From: Mageeibacillus sp. UBA1212 | GTDB taxonomy: Bacteria; Bacillota; Clostridia; UBA1212 | Length of the DNA: 64,000 nucleotides | Reading direction: 5' to 3' | NCBI GenBank assembly: GCA_002309655.1 | Contig: DBXM01000003.1 | Span: 21,078-85,077, forward strand | Shown: positions 9,529 through 18,965 of the stretch, in pieces | Position numbering within the stretch: the stretch's first letter is position 1 | Layout of the letters: each line of letters opens with the position of its first letter | Translations under genes and position numbers: made by a program | The notes under the pieces: generated by a model | What the model was told of the DNA's origin: nothing | What the model saw: only the letters and a program-made list of their open reading frames with translations | Database searches by the model: none

Positions 9529-10218
9529 TCAGTCTTTTGCAGGGGGATACTCGTTGCAGAGCAAACGATACGGAGCCTCGTCCTCTTCGATCTCCGGGAA
9601 CCTTCCCGCCGGCGGGTTGAACCGGTTGTCGTTGTTGTCGTCGTTGCACTGGCTGACCTCGCCCAGGAGCACGTCGCCCGTTCCCGGCTCCACCGAGAAG
9701 TCGTGGTACATGCGCTGCTGGATGTGAATGCTCTCGCCGGGAGTGAGCCTGACCTGCGTTCCCGCCGGCACCGTGTATGTTCTGCCGTCGCAGTGAACGG
9801 TCACGTCGGACTCGTAGTCGATCTCCTCGTCGGGAAGCGAGTTGTAGACCCTGATAAGGATGTTGCCGCCGCCGCGGTTGATGATGTCTTCGGTCTTGTA
9901 CCAGTGGAAGTGGTTGAGGGAGTACTGGCCGTCCTTCACGAACAGCAGCTTCTCCGCGTAAACCTTCGGGTACTTGTCCGCCATCAGGCGGTTGCCGTTG
10001 CGGATGGTGATGAGCGCCATGCCCACCTTGTCGTAGTTGCCCATGCCGTAGTCGGTGATGTCCCAGCCCAGCATGCAGTCGCGAATTTCGTCGTATTCAT
10101 GACCCAGGGTCTGCCACTGCTCGGGCGTGAAGTGGCAAAAAGGCGGGAGCTTGAATTTGCACTCCTCAATCTTTGCCTCGAGTTCTTTCAGCGCCTTGTT
10201 GACTTCTGATCTCTTCAT
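9529..10218 (-). CDS. D-lyxose/D-mannose-family sugar isomerase (cupin)
   Basis: MKRSEVNKALKELE...KYPKVYAEKLLFVKDGQYSLNHFHWYKTEDIINRGGG matches the cupin lyxose isomerase family. I chose the ATG at 10218 with RBS GGAGGCAGAAAA. The longer track ORF (to 10374) runs through a repeat array. Confidence 0.75.
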   Translation of the reverse strand: MKRSEVNKALKELEAKIEECKFKLPPFCHFTPEQWQTLGHEYDEIRDCMLGWDITDYGMGNYDKVGMALITIRNGNRLMADKYPKVYAEKLLFVKDGQYSLNHFHWYKTEDIINRGGGNILIRVYNSLPDEEIDYESDVTVHCDGRTYTVPAGTQVRLTPGESIHIQQRMYHDFSVEPGTGDVLLGEVSQCNDDNNDNRFNPPAGRFPEIEEDEAPYRLLCNEYPPAKD

Positions 10219-10266
10219 TTTTCTGCCTCCGTTAAGTATATTTTCCGTCACGTCAATTCGTGAATT

Positions 10267-10326
10267 ATTTTCCGCGATTTTCCGCCGTTTCCCGCGTTTT
10301 TCCGCGATTTTCCGGCATTTCCCGCG
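10267..10326. repeat. 2 x 30-bp tandem repeat (ATTTTCCGCGATTTTCCGNC-NTTTCCCGCG)
   Basis: 10267-10296 and 10297-10326 are about 27/30 identical. They lie immediately upstream of the isomerase gene. Confidence 0.8.
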
Positions 10327-10405
10327 CTTTCTAACTTTTTCATTTTCCGCCATTTTTGCGACTCCTGCAGTCATTTAGTCTCAAAAATCCGCCGTCAGGA
10401 TTATA

Positions 10406-11605
10406 TCAGTACCCCGACTCGACCTGGATCACCGCGTGAAGCGTCCTGTCCTCCTCGGCCAGCCTTCGCGCCACAAATTCCTCCGCCTCGCGCCTTCTCG
10501 CGTAAGGGGTTTCCGCCGGCACCACCATGTCGAAAATGAGATTCACGCGCTCCTCGCCGTCGGTAATTCTGAAATCGTGGATCGAATAGGCTTCGTCAAA
10601 TTCCTTGCAGATCGACTCCGCCAGCGCCTTCAAAGCGTCGACGCGGGGGCTGTCGTTCACGACCGGGTCCATGTGGATGACGAGAACGATTCCCAGCTGT
10701 TCGCGCGCCTCCGTCTCGATCCGGTCGATGGTCTCGTGAATTTCCACGATGTCGCCCTTGTAAGGCACCTCCGCGTGGGCCGACGCGATGACTCTTCCCG
10801 GCCCGTAGTCGTGAACGATCAGGTCGTGAACGCCGAGAATGTCCTTCCCGCCAAGCACCAGTTCCTCGATGCTCTTGACCAGGTCCGGATCCGGCGGCCC
10901 GCCCAGCAGCAGGCCCACGACCTCCTTCGCCATCGAGAAGCCGTTCCAGATGATGAGCAGCGAAACCAGCACGCCGATGATGCCGTCAAAGGGAATTTTC
11001 GACCAGAACGTGCCCTCGAAGGCCTTCCCGCCGAAAACCATCGTGAGAATCGCGCCGGCAATGACCGCCAGCGTCGAAAAGCAGTCGCTGATGCTGTCCC
11101 GCGCGGTCGCCTCGAGAAGCGAAGAGCCGATTTTCTTGCCCAGGTAGCGGTTGTAGACGAACATCCACACCTTCACGAGTATCGACGCCGCGAGGATCAA
11201 AATGAGCGGCACGGACAGCGCCACGGGCTTCGGGTCGATAATGCCCTCCACCGACGTTTTCAGAAGCTCCACGCCGAAAACCATGATCAGCATGGCCATC
11301 ACCAGCGACGCGATGTACTCGATCCTGCCGTGGCCGAACGGGTGGTCCTTGTCCGGATGCTTGTCGCTCAGCCTCGCGCCCGCGATTGACACCACGGAAG
11401 TCCCCATGTCCGACAGGTTGTTGAACGCGTCCGACGTGATTGAAATACTGGCCGTGATGATTCCCACCGCCAGCTTCACGGCGAAAAGGAACGCGTTGCA
11501 GCAGATTCCCAGAACGCCGGAAAGCGTCATGTACCTCGCCCTAACCTTCGGGTCGCCGGTATTTTCGTAGTCCTTTACGAATTTTCTAACCAGCAGCTTG
11601 ATCAC
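10406..11605 (-). CDS. Cation diffusion facilitator (CDF) family transporter
   Basis: 399 aa. FNNLSDMGTSVV...HPDKDHPFGHGRIEYIASL plus a C-terminal cytoplasmic domain. It overlaps the upstream gene by 4 nt. Confidence 0.9.
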   Translation of the reverse strand: MIKLLVRKFVKDYENTGDPKVRARYMTLSGVLGICCNAFLFAVKLAVGIITASISITSDAFNNLSDMGTSVVSIAGARLSDKHPDKDHPFGHGRIEYIASLVMAMLIMVFGVELLKTSVEGIIDPKPVALSVPLILILAASILVKVWMFVYNRYLGKKIGSSLLEATARDSISDCFSTLAVIAGAILTMVFGGKAFEGTFWSKIPFDGIIGVLVSLLIIWNGFSMAKEVVGLLLGGPPDPDLVKSIEELVLGGKDILGVHDLIVHDYGPGRVIASAHAEVPYKGDIVEIHETIDRIETEAREQLGIVLVIHMDPVVNDSPRVDALKALAESICKEFDEAYSIHDFRITDGEERVNLIFDMVVPAETPYARRREAEEFVARRLAEEDRTLHAVIQVESGY

Positions 11606-12795
11606 TTTCCGTACGCCTCCGCAAGCAGCCTGAACTTCTCGATCGACCGCTCAACCTTGCCGGTGGGCTGGCAGAACGCAATCCGGAAATGCCCGGGGCA
11701 GCCGAAGCCGTCGCCGGGAACAAGCACCAGCTCGAATTTTTTCGCCTTTTCGCAAAACGCGACGGCATCGGGTTCGAGAGATCTCGGGAACGCGTAGAAC
11801 GTGCCACCCGGCTCAACGCAGAAGTAGCCCGCGTCGATCAGCCCTTTATAGAGGATGTCCTTATTGGTCTGGTAGACCGAAAGGTCCGCGGTCGCGCCTG
11901 TAGTGCGGCCGATGACTTCCTGGTAGAGCGAAGGAACGCCCACGTACGCCAGGTCCCTTGCCGCCGCGCCCAGCACCCTCAGAATGATGTCCGCGTCCTC
12001 GCACCTGTCCGTGAACGCCACGTACCCGATCCTCTCGCCGGGAATCGACATGGCTTTGCTGTAGGAGTAGCACACGAGCGTGTTGTCGTAGTAGTGCGGC
12101 ACGTAGGGCACCGAAAAGCCCTTGAAAACGATCTCCCTGTAGGGTTCGTCGGAAATGATATAAATACTGTGCCCGAATTCTTTCTGCTTCTCGAGCAGAA
12201 GTGCGGCCAGCTTTTTAATGGTCTCTTCGCTGTAGACGGCGCCGCTCGGGTTGTTGGGCGAGTTGATCAGCACCGCCCGCGTGTGTTCGCTTAGCGCCTT
12301 TTCGAGCTCGTCAAAATCAATCTGGAACGACTCGATCTCGGGCTTGATCACGTTCAGCTTGACGCCCGCGCTCCTCGCGTAGACTCCGTACTCCGGAAAA
12401 TACGGCGCGAACGTAATTATCTCGTCGCCGACCCCGGGGTCTGAGACCGCCCTGATGCAGAGCGTAACAGCCGCTGCCGCGCCGATCGTCATAAAAATAT
12501 TCTTCTCGGTGTAGTCCGTTCCGAAACGCCCGTTGAGCTCCTCCGCGATCGCTTTTCTGACAGCGGGAATGCCCTCCGCGCTCGGGTAGCCGTGCGTTTT
12601 GACCGGGTCCTCGTTCTCGAGAATGTCCTCTGCCGCCTCAAAAATGCACTCCGGCGACGGCACGCTCGGATTCCCGATACTGAAATCGAAAACGTTCTCC
12701 GCCCCGATTTCCGCCGCCCGCGCCTTGCTGTATTCAAAAAGCTCGCGAATGGCGGACCTCGCGTTCACGTTTTTGCTGTAGTTTTTGGAAAGCAT
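11602..12795 (-). CDS. Class I/II PLP-dependent aminotransferase (aspartate/alanine aminotransferase-like)
   Basis: 397 aa. NPSGAVY, and SYSKAMSIPGERIGY containing the PLP lysine motif. Confidence 0.9.
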   Translation of the reverse strand: MLSKNYSKNVNARSAIRELFEYSKARAAEIGAENVFDFSIGNPSVPSPECIFEAAEDILENEDPVKTHGYPSAEGIPAVRKAIAEELNGRFGTDYTEKNIFMTIGAAAAVTLCIRAVSDPGVGDEIITFAPYFPEYGVYARSAGVKLNVIKPEIESFQIDFDELEKALSEHTRAVLINSPNNPSGAVYSEETIKKLAALLLEKQKEFGHSIYIISDEPYREIVFKGFSVPYVPHYYDNTLVCYSYSKAMSIPGERIGYVAFTDRCEDADIILRVLGAAARDLAYVGVPSLYQEVIGRTTGATADLSVYQTNKDILYKGLIDAGYFCVEPGGTFYAFPRSLEPDAVAFCEKAKKFELVLVPGDGFGCPGHFRIAFCQPTGKVERSIEKFRLLAEAYGK

Positions 12796-13049
12796 AAAAA
12801 GCCTCTTTTCGCCTGCCGGCAGTTCGTTTTTATTTGTCGCTCCGGCCCTGCCCTCTTTTTGTTTGTCAACTGAAATGATACCATATTTTCGCGCGCATTT
12901 AAAGGGGGCAAATTGCCGCCAGGCGAAAACGTTCGCGGAAACGCTGGCGGAAGCCTTTTCGAAAATCGCTGCTAAGTCCCGGGCGAAAACCCCTGAAGTG
13001 GAAGTTAACTTTTCACTTCACAGAGACATTCTCTTTCAGTCAAACAGTG

Positions 13050-13078
13050 TTGACTTAATGATTTTGCAATGTTATAAT
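13050..13078 (+). promoter_or_regulatory. Near-consensus sigma-70 promoter of the AbiE pair
   Basis: TTGACT (13050-13055), a 17-nt spacer, then TATAAT (13073-13078). It lies about 70 nt upstream of the AbiEi ATG. Confidence 0.65.
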
Positions 13079-13145
13079 TATAGCGATTATAGGCTTTCTT
13101 CCGTTTTTAGCCTATAATATATTTAACAGATCAGGAGAAAACGTT

Positions 13146-13688
13146 ATGCTTTTGACTTATCCGGAATGCCTGGCGAAATGGCAGTCAGATTACCAGGTCA
13201 AAAAACAAATATCCGAGGGAAAACTTTACCGAATCGAAAAAGGGGTTTATTCTGACATCCCCGACGTTTCCACCCTTGTCGTCATTTCTTTCAAATATCC
13301 CAATGCAATCTTTACAATGGACAGTGCGTTTTACTACCATGGGCTCACAGACGTGATTCCCGATGAATACCACTTGGCGACAGATAAACACGCCATCTAC
13401 ATCAGCGATGATCGGGTACATCAGTATTACGTATCTTCCGATATTCTGAATGTCGGCGTGACAACGATGGAGCGGCGGGACGCAACTTTTAAAATCTACG
13501 ATAAGGAAAGAATGCTGATCGAGCTGCTTCGTTTTAAGAACAAGCTGCCTTTTGATTATTACAAGGAAATCATTGCGAATTACAGGCGCCTGATATACGA
13601 CCTGGACATTGAACGTATTCAGGCCTATGCAGAGAGCTTTCCCCGGAGCAAAATGATCTGCAACGCACTTGAAATGGAGGTGTTTTGA
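13146..13688 (+). CDS. AbiEi-family type IV toxin-antitoxin antitoxin
   Basis: 180 aa. The N-terminal GKLYRIEKGVYSD and YPNAIFTMDSAFYYHGLTD pattern fits the AbiEi family. There is a 4-nt ATGA overlap with the next gene. Confidence 0.75.
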   Translation: MLLTYPECLAKWQSDYQVKKQISEGKLYRIEKGVYSDIPDVSTLVVISFKYPNAIFTMDSAFYYHGLTDVIPDEYHLATDKHAIYISDDRVHQYYVSSDILNVGVTTMERRDATFKIYDKERMLIELLRFKNKLPFDYYKEIIANYRRLIYDLDIERIQAYAESFPRSKMICNALEMEVF

Positions 13689-14497
13689 TGGCAACTATAC
13701 GAGAAATGATACGGCAGGCAAATGCAGAGGGGTTTATTGGCGACAACGCAGAAGCAAAAGTTTGTCAGGACATTGTTCTTATAGCGCTGTCTAAAAGCCC
13801 ACTCAGCAGGAATGCGACCATAAAGGGCGGCGTTGTAATGAGAAGCATTTCAAACGATGCGCGAAGAACTACGCAGGATATGGATATAGATTTCATCAGG
13901 TATTCCCTTGGCGATGCGGCTATTATGCGGTTTATTCAGCAGCTCAATTGCCTCGACGGCATTCATATTTCACAAACCGGGAGTATAACCGAACTACGCC
14001 AACAGGATTATCACGGCAAGCGAGTTTTCGTCACTATTTCCGATGATACAGGCGATACAATCGAAAGCAAGATAGATCTTGGCGTTCATAAAAACCTTTC
14101 CATAGAGCAAGAAGAATACTGTTTTGATATTTCTTTTTATGAGGGCAGCGCATGCCTTCTTATCAATTCCAAGGAGCAGATGTTTACAGAAAAGCTGCGT
14201 TCGCTTTTAAAATTCGGGCCAAACTCAACGAGATACAAAGATATATTCGATATGTACTATCTTTCCGGCTTGCTTGATGCCCCGAAACTTATAAAATGTA
14301 TTGAGGTCTTCGTCTTTTCCGATACCGGCATGAAAGAGAATAACTTCGAAGATATCGTAAAAAGGGTAAGAAGTACTTTTTCATCACGCCGTTATATTGA
14401 CAGACTCACCACTTCAAAAAAGAACTGGCTTGGAGAAGAAACATCGACAATCACCAATAAACTGGTCGAATTCTTAACTAAGCTGGACACGTATTAA
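13685..14497 (+). CDS. AbiEii/AbiGii-family nucleotidyltransferase toxin
   Basis: 270 aa. IKGGVVMRS...RRTTQDMDIDF matches the GG/DxD nucleotidyltransferase core of AbiEii. Confidence 0.75.
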   Translation: MMATIREMIRQANAEGFIGDNAEAKVCQDIVLIALSKSPLSRNATIKGGVVMRSISNDARRTTQDMDIDFIRYSLGDAAIMRFIQQLNCLDGIHISQTGSITELRQQDYHGKRVFVTISDDTGDTIESKIDLGVHKNLSIEQEEYCFDISFYEGSACLLINSKEQMFTEKLRSLLKFGPNSTRYKDIFDMYYLSGLLDAPKLIKCIEVFVFSDTGMKENNFEDIVKRVRSTFSSRRYIDRLTTSKKNWLGEETSTITNKLVEFLTKLDTY

Positions 14498-14699
14498 TAC
14501 ACAATATGCCAAAAAAATTTTGTGAAAAGTATTATTGAACGCAGCATGAATAAAGCCGGATATCCTTATGCTGACACCCCGGGGAACAGCATCTTCACCC
14601 CTGCGAAAACGTTTCAAAAATCCGCGAATATGTGCTAAAATAATAAAAACACCGGATTCCCGCCGGCTTGCAAAACTATTTTCAAACAGGAGACTCATC

Positions 14700-15419
14700 A
14701 TGCTTTTGTTTCTCATCAGACACGGAGACCCAGACTACGCGCACGACGCGCTGACGCCGCTCGGTCAGAAACAGGCCGAAGCCGTCGCAAAAAGACTTGC
14801 CGTTCACGGCCTTGACGAGGTCTATACTTCATCCCTCGGCCGCGCGAGGCTTACTGCCCAGCCCACCTGCGACCTCCTCCACCTCGAGCCTCATCTCTGC
14901 GACTGGGCAATCGAAGACATCGCCTGGAAATACACCACCGTGACCCTTCCCAACGGCTACGTGACCTGGTCGTTCTTCACGGACGAGTACCGCCGGCTGT
15001 TCAACCTGCCCGAAGTTCTCGCCCTGGGCCGCAAGTGGTACGAGTCGCCCCTTTTCGCCAACAACAAATTCAAAGAAGGCATCGAGAAAGTCCAGCAGGA
15101 CGTGGACGCGTTCATGCTCTCCCTCGGGTACAGGCACGAAAGCGAGCGGGGCGTCTACATTCCCGAGAATCCTACGAAAAACCGGGTCGCGCTGTTCTCC
15201 CATCAGGGCTTCGGCATCCTCTTCCTCAGCCTGGTTCTGGACATTCCCTACCCGATTTTCTCGTCGCACTTCGACATCTCCCACTCGGGAATGACCGTCA
15301 TCGAGTTTTCCGTGAACGGCGAAGGGCTCGTGATTCCAAAGTGCCTGCAGCTGTCGAACGATTCGCACATCTACAAGGAAGGGCTGCCGACAAGATACCA
15401 GAACGTAATAAAAATCTGA
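14700..15419 (+). CDS. Histidine phosphatase (phosphoglycerate mutase) family protein
   Basis: MLLFLIRHGDPDY contains the RHG motif. I chose the ATG at 14700 with RBS AGGAG; the track ORF starts at 14568. Confidence 0.8.
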   Translation: MLLFLIRHGDPDYAHDALTPLGQKQAEAVAKRLAVHGLDEVYTSSLGRARLTAQPTCDLLHLEPHLCDWAIEDIAWKYTTVTLPNGYVTWSFFTDEYRRLFNLPEVLALGRKWYESPLFANNKFKEGIEKVQQDVDAFMLSLGYRHESERGVYIPENPTKNRVALFSHQGFGILFLSLVLDIPYPIFSSHFDISHSGMTVIEFSVNGEGLVIPKCLQLSNDSHIYKEGLPTRYQNVIKI

Positions 15420-15446
15420 AGAAGAGCTGATTTGGTATAAGAAAGG

Positions 15447-15489
15447 CCGGCTCCTCCCGCTTCGCTTTGAGTTGCGGGAGGAGCCGGCT
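15447..15489. terminator. Bidirectional intrinsic terminator between convergent genes
   Basis: 15-bp perfect stem GCCGGCTCCTCCCGC / GCGGGAGGAGCCGGC with a 13-nt loop, flanked by T/A-rich sequence. Confidence 0.7.
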
Positions 15490-15510
15490 GTTTCATTATT
15501 TGTAAATGCT

Positions 15511-16668
15511 TTATTCGCCGTCCTTGGCAGGATCCTGCGGTTCCGAAACAAGCGTCAGCAGGTTCCGTTCGACGATTTCTCTGATCACGACTGTTCCTGT
15601 TCCCGGTGAGGGTTCATCCGCAGCCGCTTTTTTCGCCTCCGCCGCCAGTTTTTGTATATCGAAACTGTTCCCGCGCACAAATATTGAATGCGCGAACGAC
15701 TCGGAGAGCGGCTTGATTAGAGCGCGGCCGAACGAGTCGCGGGACATTATCAAAGTGAGGCCGGACGGCTCCTTTCCGGCGGTTACTATTTTCGTGTCGT
15801 CGAGGCTCCGGATGCGCTGCGCCGCCGTGTAAAGGTCGGGCGACGAATCTTGCGAAAACGCCTCCTCGCGAATTGCGTTAAGCGGGCGCACCATTTTCAG
15901 AAGATCGTCTTCGCGAGCGCCGGCCGAGAGCGTTTCAGGCGTGCGGGAAGTTCCCGAGGGCCTGACTGACACTTCCTTTTCGACCGCATCTGCGAGGGCC
16001 TCTAAGGCGACGGTGCTTCCCAGAAGGTTCCAGTGGCTGTCGCCGCTGTAGTAGAGAATTCCCCTGTTTTTAGCGGAAATCAGCGCCTCTTTAAGGTCGC
16101 AGACGGTCACGCCTTCCTCTTTCAGTCTGGCGGTCAGCCTGTCGAGAAGCGACTCTTCGCATGGGCTGCCGTACCTCTCCGCCATCATCTCGGGGTAGAT
16201 CGAATTCTTGTTCGGTGCCACCGCGAAAACGTAGCCCGCGCCGCACTCTGCCGCCGTTTTTTGTTCGTTTTTGATGAACTCGACAAGCTTTTCGACGTCT
16301 TCTTCGGAAAACCTCTCGCCCAGGAAGTCCTTCGCGGTCTCCGCGTAAAAGAGCCAGCAGTCCTTCCCGGCAATGACGTCGTCCTCCGGGCTCGAGTCGA
16401 AAACGTCCAGCATCACCGCCGCGTCGGCGTCCACCATTTCCGCCCTGAACGCAAAATGGTCCGCGAACCAGGCCTCAAAATGCTCGCCGAAGGTCTTTTT
16501 GTCCGCGTACGTCAGTCTGAACTCCGGGAACGGCTCCAGCGTTCTCTGTTCAGCCCGCGCCGCCTCACCCGCGTCGTAGAAAATCATTCCAGCCAGCGGA
16601 ACGATCATTGCCGCCGCAAGAATTCCCAGGAAGGCCGCGCAGATTATCTTGTAGAGTTTTTCTTTCAT
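15511..16668 (-). CDS. DHHW-family (AlgJ/AlgX-like SGNH) protein, partner of the MBOAT
   Basis: 385 aa with an N-terminal membrane anchor and a YYSGDSHWN motif. It lies immediately downstream of an MBOAT gene. Confidence 0.65.
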   Translation of the reverse strand: MKEKLYKIICAAFLGILAAAMIVPLAGMIFYDAGEAARAEQRTLEPFPEFRLTYADKKTFGEHFEAWFADHFAFRAEMVDADAAVMLDVFDSSPEDDVIAGKDCWLFYAETAKDFLGERFSEEDVEKLVEFIKNEQKTAAECGAGYVFAVAPNKNSIYPEMMAERYGSPCEESLLDRLTARLKEEGVTVCDLKEALISAKNRGILYYSGDSHWNLLGSTVALEALADAVEKEVSVRPSGTSRTPETLSAGAREDDLLKMVRPLNAIREEAFSQDSSPDLYTAAQRIRSLDDTKIVTAGKEPSGLTLIMSRDSFGRALIKPLSESFAHSIFVRGNSFDIQKLAAEAKKAAADEPSPGTGTVVIREIVERNLLTLVSEPQDPAKDGE

Positions 16669-16684
16669 GCGTTACCCTCCTTCC

Positions 16685-18217
16685 TTAAAATCTAAAATAT
16701 ATAAACGGGTTATAGGCTGAAGAAGCCAGCGTCAGCGCGCACGCCGCGAACAAAAGAAGCGCCAGCACGAACGAGACAACCGTCTGCCCTTTTCCAAACC
16801 CGTTTTTCGCTTTTTCCAGCGCCTTTCCGGCACCGTTCCCGCTCGCGATGAGCTTGCCCGCCCACTCGCGCCACGGCAGCGCCGCGACAACACCTATTAC
16901 CGCCGCAAAAACCGTGAACGGTGTGAGCGCGTTCAGAACGTCCGCCGTCAGTCCGCCCGTGAACGAGAACATCCTGCCCACGTACCTGATTCCGTACGAG
17001 ACCGTGTCGCTCCTGAACATGACAAAGCCCAATGTCACGACTGCGAGCGTGTAAACAAGCCTCAAAACCGTCGCCAAAACACTTAAAAGTGCTTTCGGTA
17101 CCTTCCCGAGCTCCTGTTTTTTCGCGGCCGCCCTGTCGCCCGCCGGCTTTAAGATTTCCTCTAAAAACAGGAAAAATCCGTGCCACAGCCCCCACAGAAT
17201 GAACGTGAAGTTCGCGCCGTGCCACAGCCCGGTCAGGAAGAACACGATGAACTTGTTGAGAACCGTTCTCGCCCTGCCCTTGCGGTTGCCGCCAAGCGGT
17301 ATGTAGAGGTAGTCGCGGAACCACGACGACAGCGAAATGTGCCATCTGCGCCAGAATTCCTTTATCGAAAGGCTCGCGTACGGGTGGTCGAAGTTCTCGT
17401 TAAATCTGAACCCGAACATCGCTCCGATTCCGATGGCCATATCCGAATACCCCGAAAAGTCGAAGTAGATCTGCAGCACATAGAAGACCGCCCCCAGGAA
17501 CGCCGCCTCGCCGCTGATCTTCGCGGTCTCAAGCCCGAAAACGCCGTCCGCCACCAGGGCCGCGGTGTTCGCGATGATGAGTTTTTTCGCCAGCCCCACC
17601 ACGAATCTTCTCGCGCCCTTCGCCGCATTTTCCGCGTCAATGCTCCTTTTCCCGAGCTGTTCCTCGATTTCCCGGTACTTCACGATCGGGCCCGCCACAA
17701 GCTGCGGGAAGAACGACACGTACAAAAGCATGCGGAAAAAGTTCGCGCAGTGCTGCGACGTGCCCCTGTAAACGTCGATAACGTAAGACAGAATCTGGAA
17801 GCTGAAGAATGAAATTCCCAGCGGCAGGGCAATCTGCTTCAGGTCGTACGCGGCGGCGAAAAGCTGCGTATTTCCGGGAAATATGGCGGAAATAATTCCC
17901 GCCGCAAACCCCGAATACTTGAAAAAGCACAGCGCCCCGAGCACCGCGACGCACGCCGCCGCCAGCCAGAGCTTCTTCAGTTTCGGCTTCTTTTCGATCA
18001 AAAGCGTCGCCAGCCAGCAAAAAAGAGCCTCGCCTATCAGCAGGAGCACCGTTACCGGTTCGCCCCACGCATAAAAGACAAGACTCGCTATCAGCAGCAG
18101 AACGTTCGAGGCGCGCACAAAGCCGGGCCGCCCCTTCGCGAAGACCATTATCGCCGTGTTCAGCAAAAAAACGGCCGGAAGGAATATGAAAACAAATACC
18201 TGACTGCTGAATACCAA
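16685..18217 (-). CDS. MBOAT-family O-acyltransferase (AlgI/DltB-like)
   Basis: 510 aa, polytopic. MVFSSQVFVFIFLP start; FWRRWHISLSSWFRDYLYIPLGGNR and LWHG motifs. Confidence 0.9.
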   Translation of the reverse strand: MVFSSQVFVFIFLPAVFLLNTAIMVFAKGRPGFVRASNVLLLIASLVFYAWGEPVTVLLLIGEALFCWLATLLIEKKPKLKKLWLAAACVAVLGALCFFKYSGFAAGIISAIFPGNTQLFAAAYDLKQIALPLGISFFSFQILSYVIDVYRGTSQHCANFFRMLLYVSFFPQLVAGPIVKYREIEEQLGKRSIDAENAAKGARRFVVGLAKKLIIANTAALVADGVFGLETAKISGEAAFLGAVFYVLQIYFDFSGYSDMAIGIGAMFGFRFNENFDHPYASLSIKEFWRRWHISLSSWFRDYLYIPLGGNRKGRARTVLNKFIVFFLTGLWHGANFTFILWGLWHGFFLFLEEILKPAGDRAAAKKQELGKVPKALLSVLATVLRLVYTLAVVTLGFVMFRSDTVSYGIRYVGRMFSFTGGLTADVLNALTPFTVFAAVIGVVAALPWREWAGKLIASGNGAGKALEKAKNGFGKGQTVVSFVLALLLFAACALTLASSAYNPFIYFRF

Positions 18218-18310
18218 TTTGTTTTGCTCCTTCCGGCTCTTCTATGTTTTTCTATTTTAAACTCTTTCGCGCCTTTTTTCACGCCTTGTTGCGTCGCGCT
18301 TTATGCGGTT

Positions 18311-18934
18311 TTACGCCGCGATGTGGTAGAGGTTCGCGACGACGCCGATTCCGGTCACCGTGCCGTTTTCGAGGTAGAAGTAGAGCATCGGCTGCTCGTT
18401 TTTGAGGTTGATGTCGCCCGAAGCGTTGTAGACCATCATGCTCTCGCCGTCCATGAAGAACCCGTCACCGAGCGTCTCCTTGACCTTTTCCGCCGTGTCG
18501 CCAACCTTGAGGCCGCCCTTCGCGGTCACTTCGGCACCGGTCGCGTAGATCTCGTCAACCAGGTTCTCGCTGCCGCCGCTTCCCTCTTCCGGGAATGTGA
18601 ACACGCGTCCGAAGTCGTAAACGTACGTGATGTCCTGGCCGTCGAAAAGGCAGCTCTCCGCCTCTTCCTTGTCGGTGTACTCGATTCCCGCGGCCTTTAG
18701 CATGTCGACAAAATCGGACGCCCGGCCACCCGCGGTGAGCTTGATTTCCCCTATTTGCAGGTAAATATCGTCCGCCGTGAACTTGGCGCTCTCCTGCGGG
18801 GCGGGGGTCGTGTTCGTGTCGTCCGGGGTCTTAGCCGGACCGCACGCGCAAAGAGCGGCAAGCATAGTCAGCGCCAGCGCGGACGCGAGTATTATTTTCA
18901 CAAGTGAACTTTTTGTTTTCTGCAGTTTTTTCAT
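18311..18934 (-). CDS. Lipoprotein of unknown function
   Basis: 207 aa. Signal peptide ending in LAALCACGP (lipobox-like). Confidence 0.6.
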   Translation of the reverse strand: MKKLQKTKSSLVKIILASALALTMLAALCACGPAKTPDDTNTTPAPQESAKFTADDIYLQIGEIKLTAGGRASDFVDMLKAAGIEYTDKEEAESCLFDGQDITYVYDFGRVFTFPEEGSGGSENLVDEIYATGAEVTAKGGLKVGDTAEKVKETLGDGFFMDGESMMVYNASGDINLKNEQPMLYFYLENGTVTGIGVVANLYHIAA

Positions 18935-18965
18935 TTTTCACCTTAATAATTCTTTAAAAATCAGA

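Noticed and set aside
10219-10374. N-terminal extensions of track ORFs (9529..10374, 24032..24730, 14568..15419, 36174..37175, 3663..5561, 37307..37888 and 63364..63939)
   Set aside because: Internal ATGs with good Shine-Dalgarno spacing coincide with the start of family homology. The extensions run through repeats or promoter DNA.
12785-13117. 110-aa plus-strand ORF between the aminotransferase and AbiEi
   Set aside because: It spans the aminotransferase start and the AbiE promoter, and has no RBS or recognisable motif.
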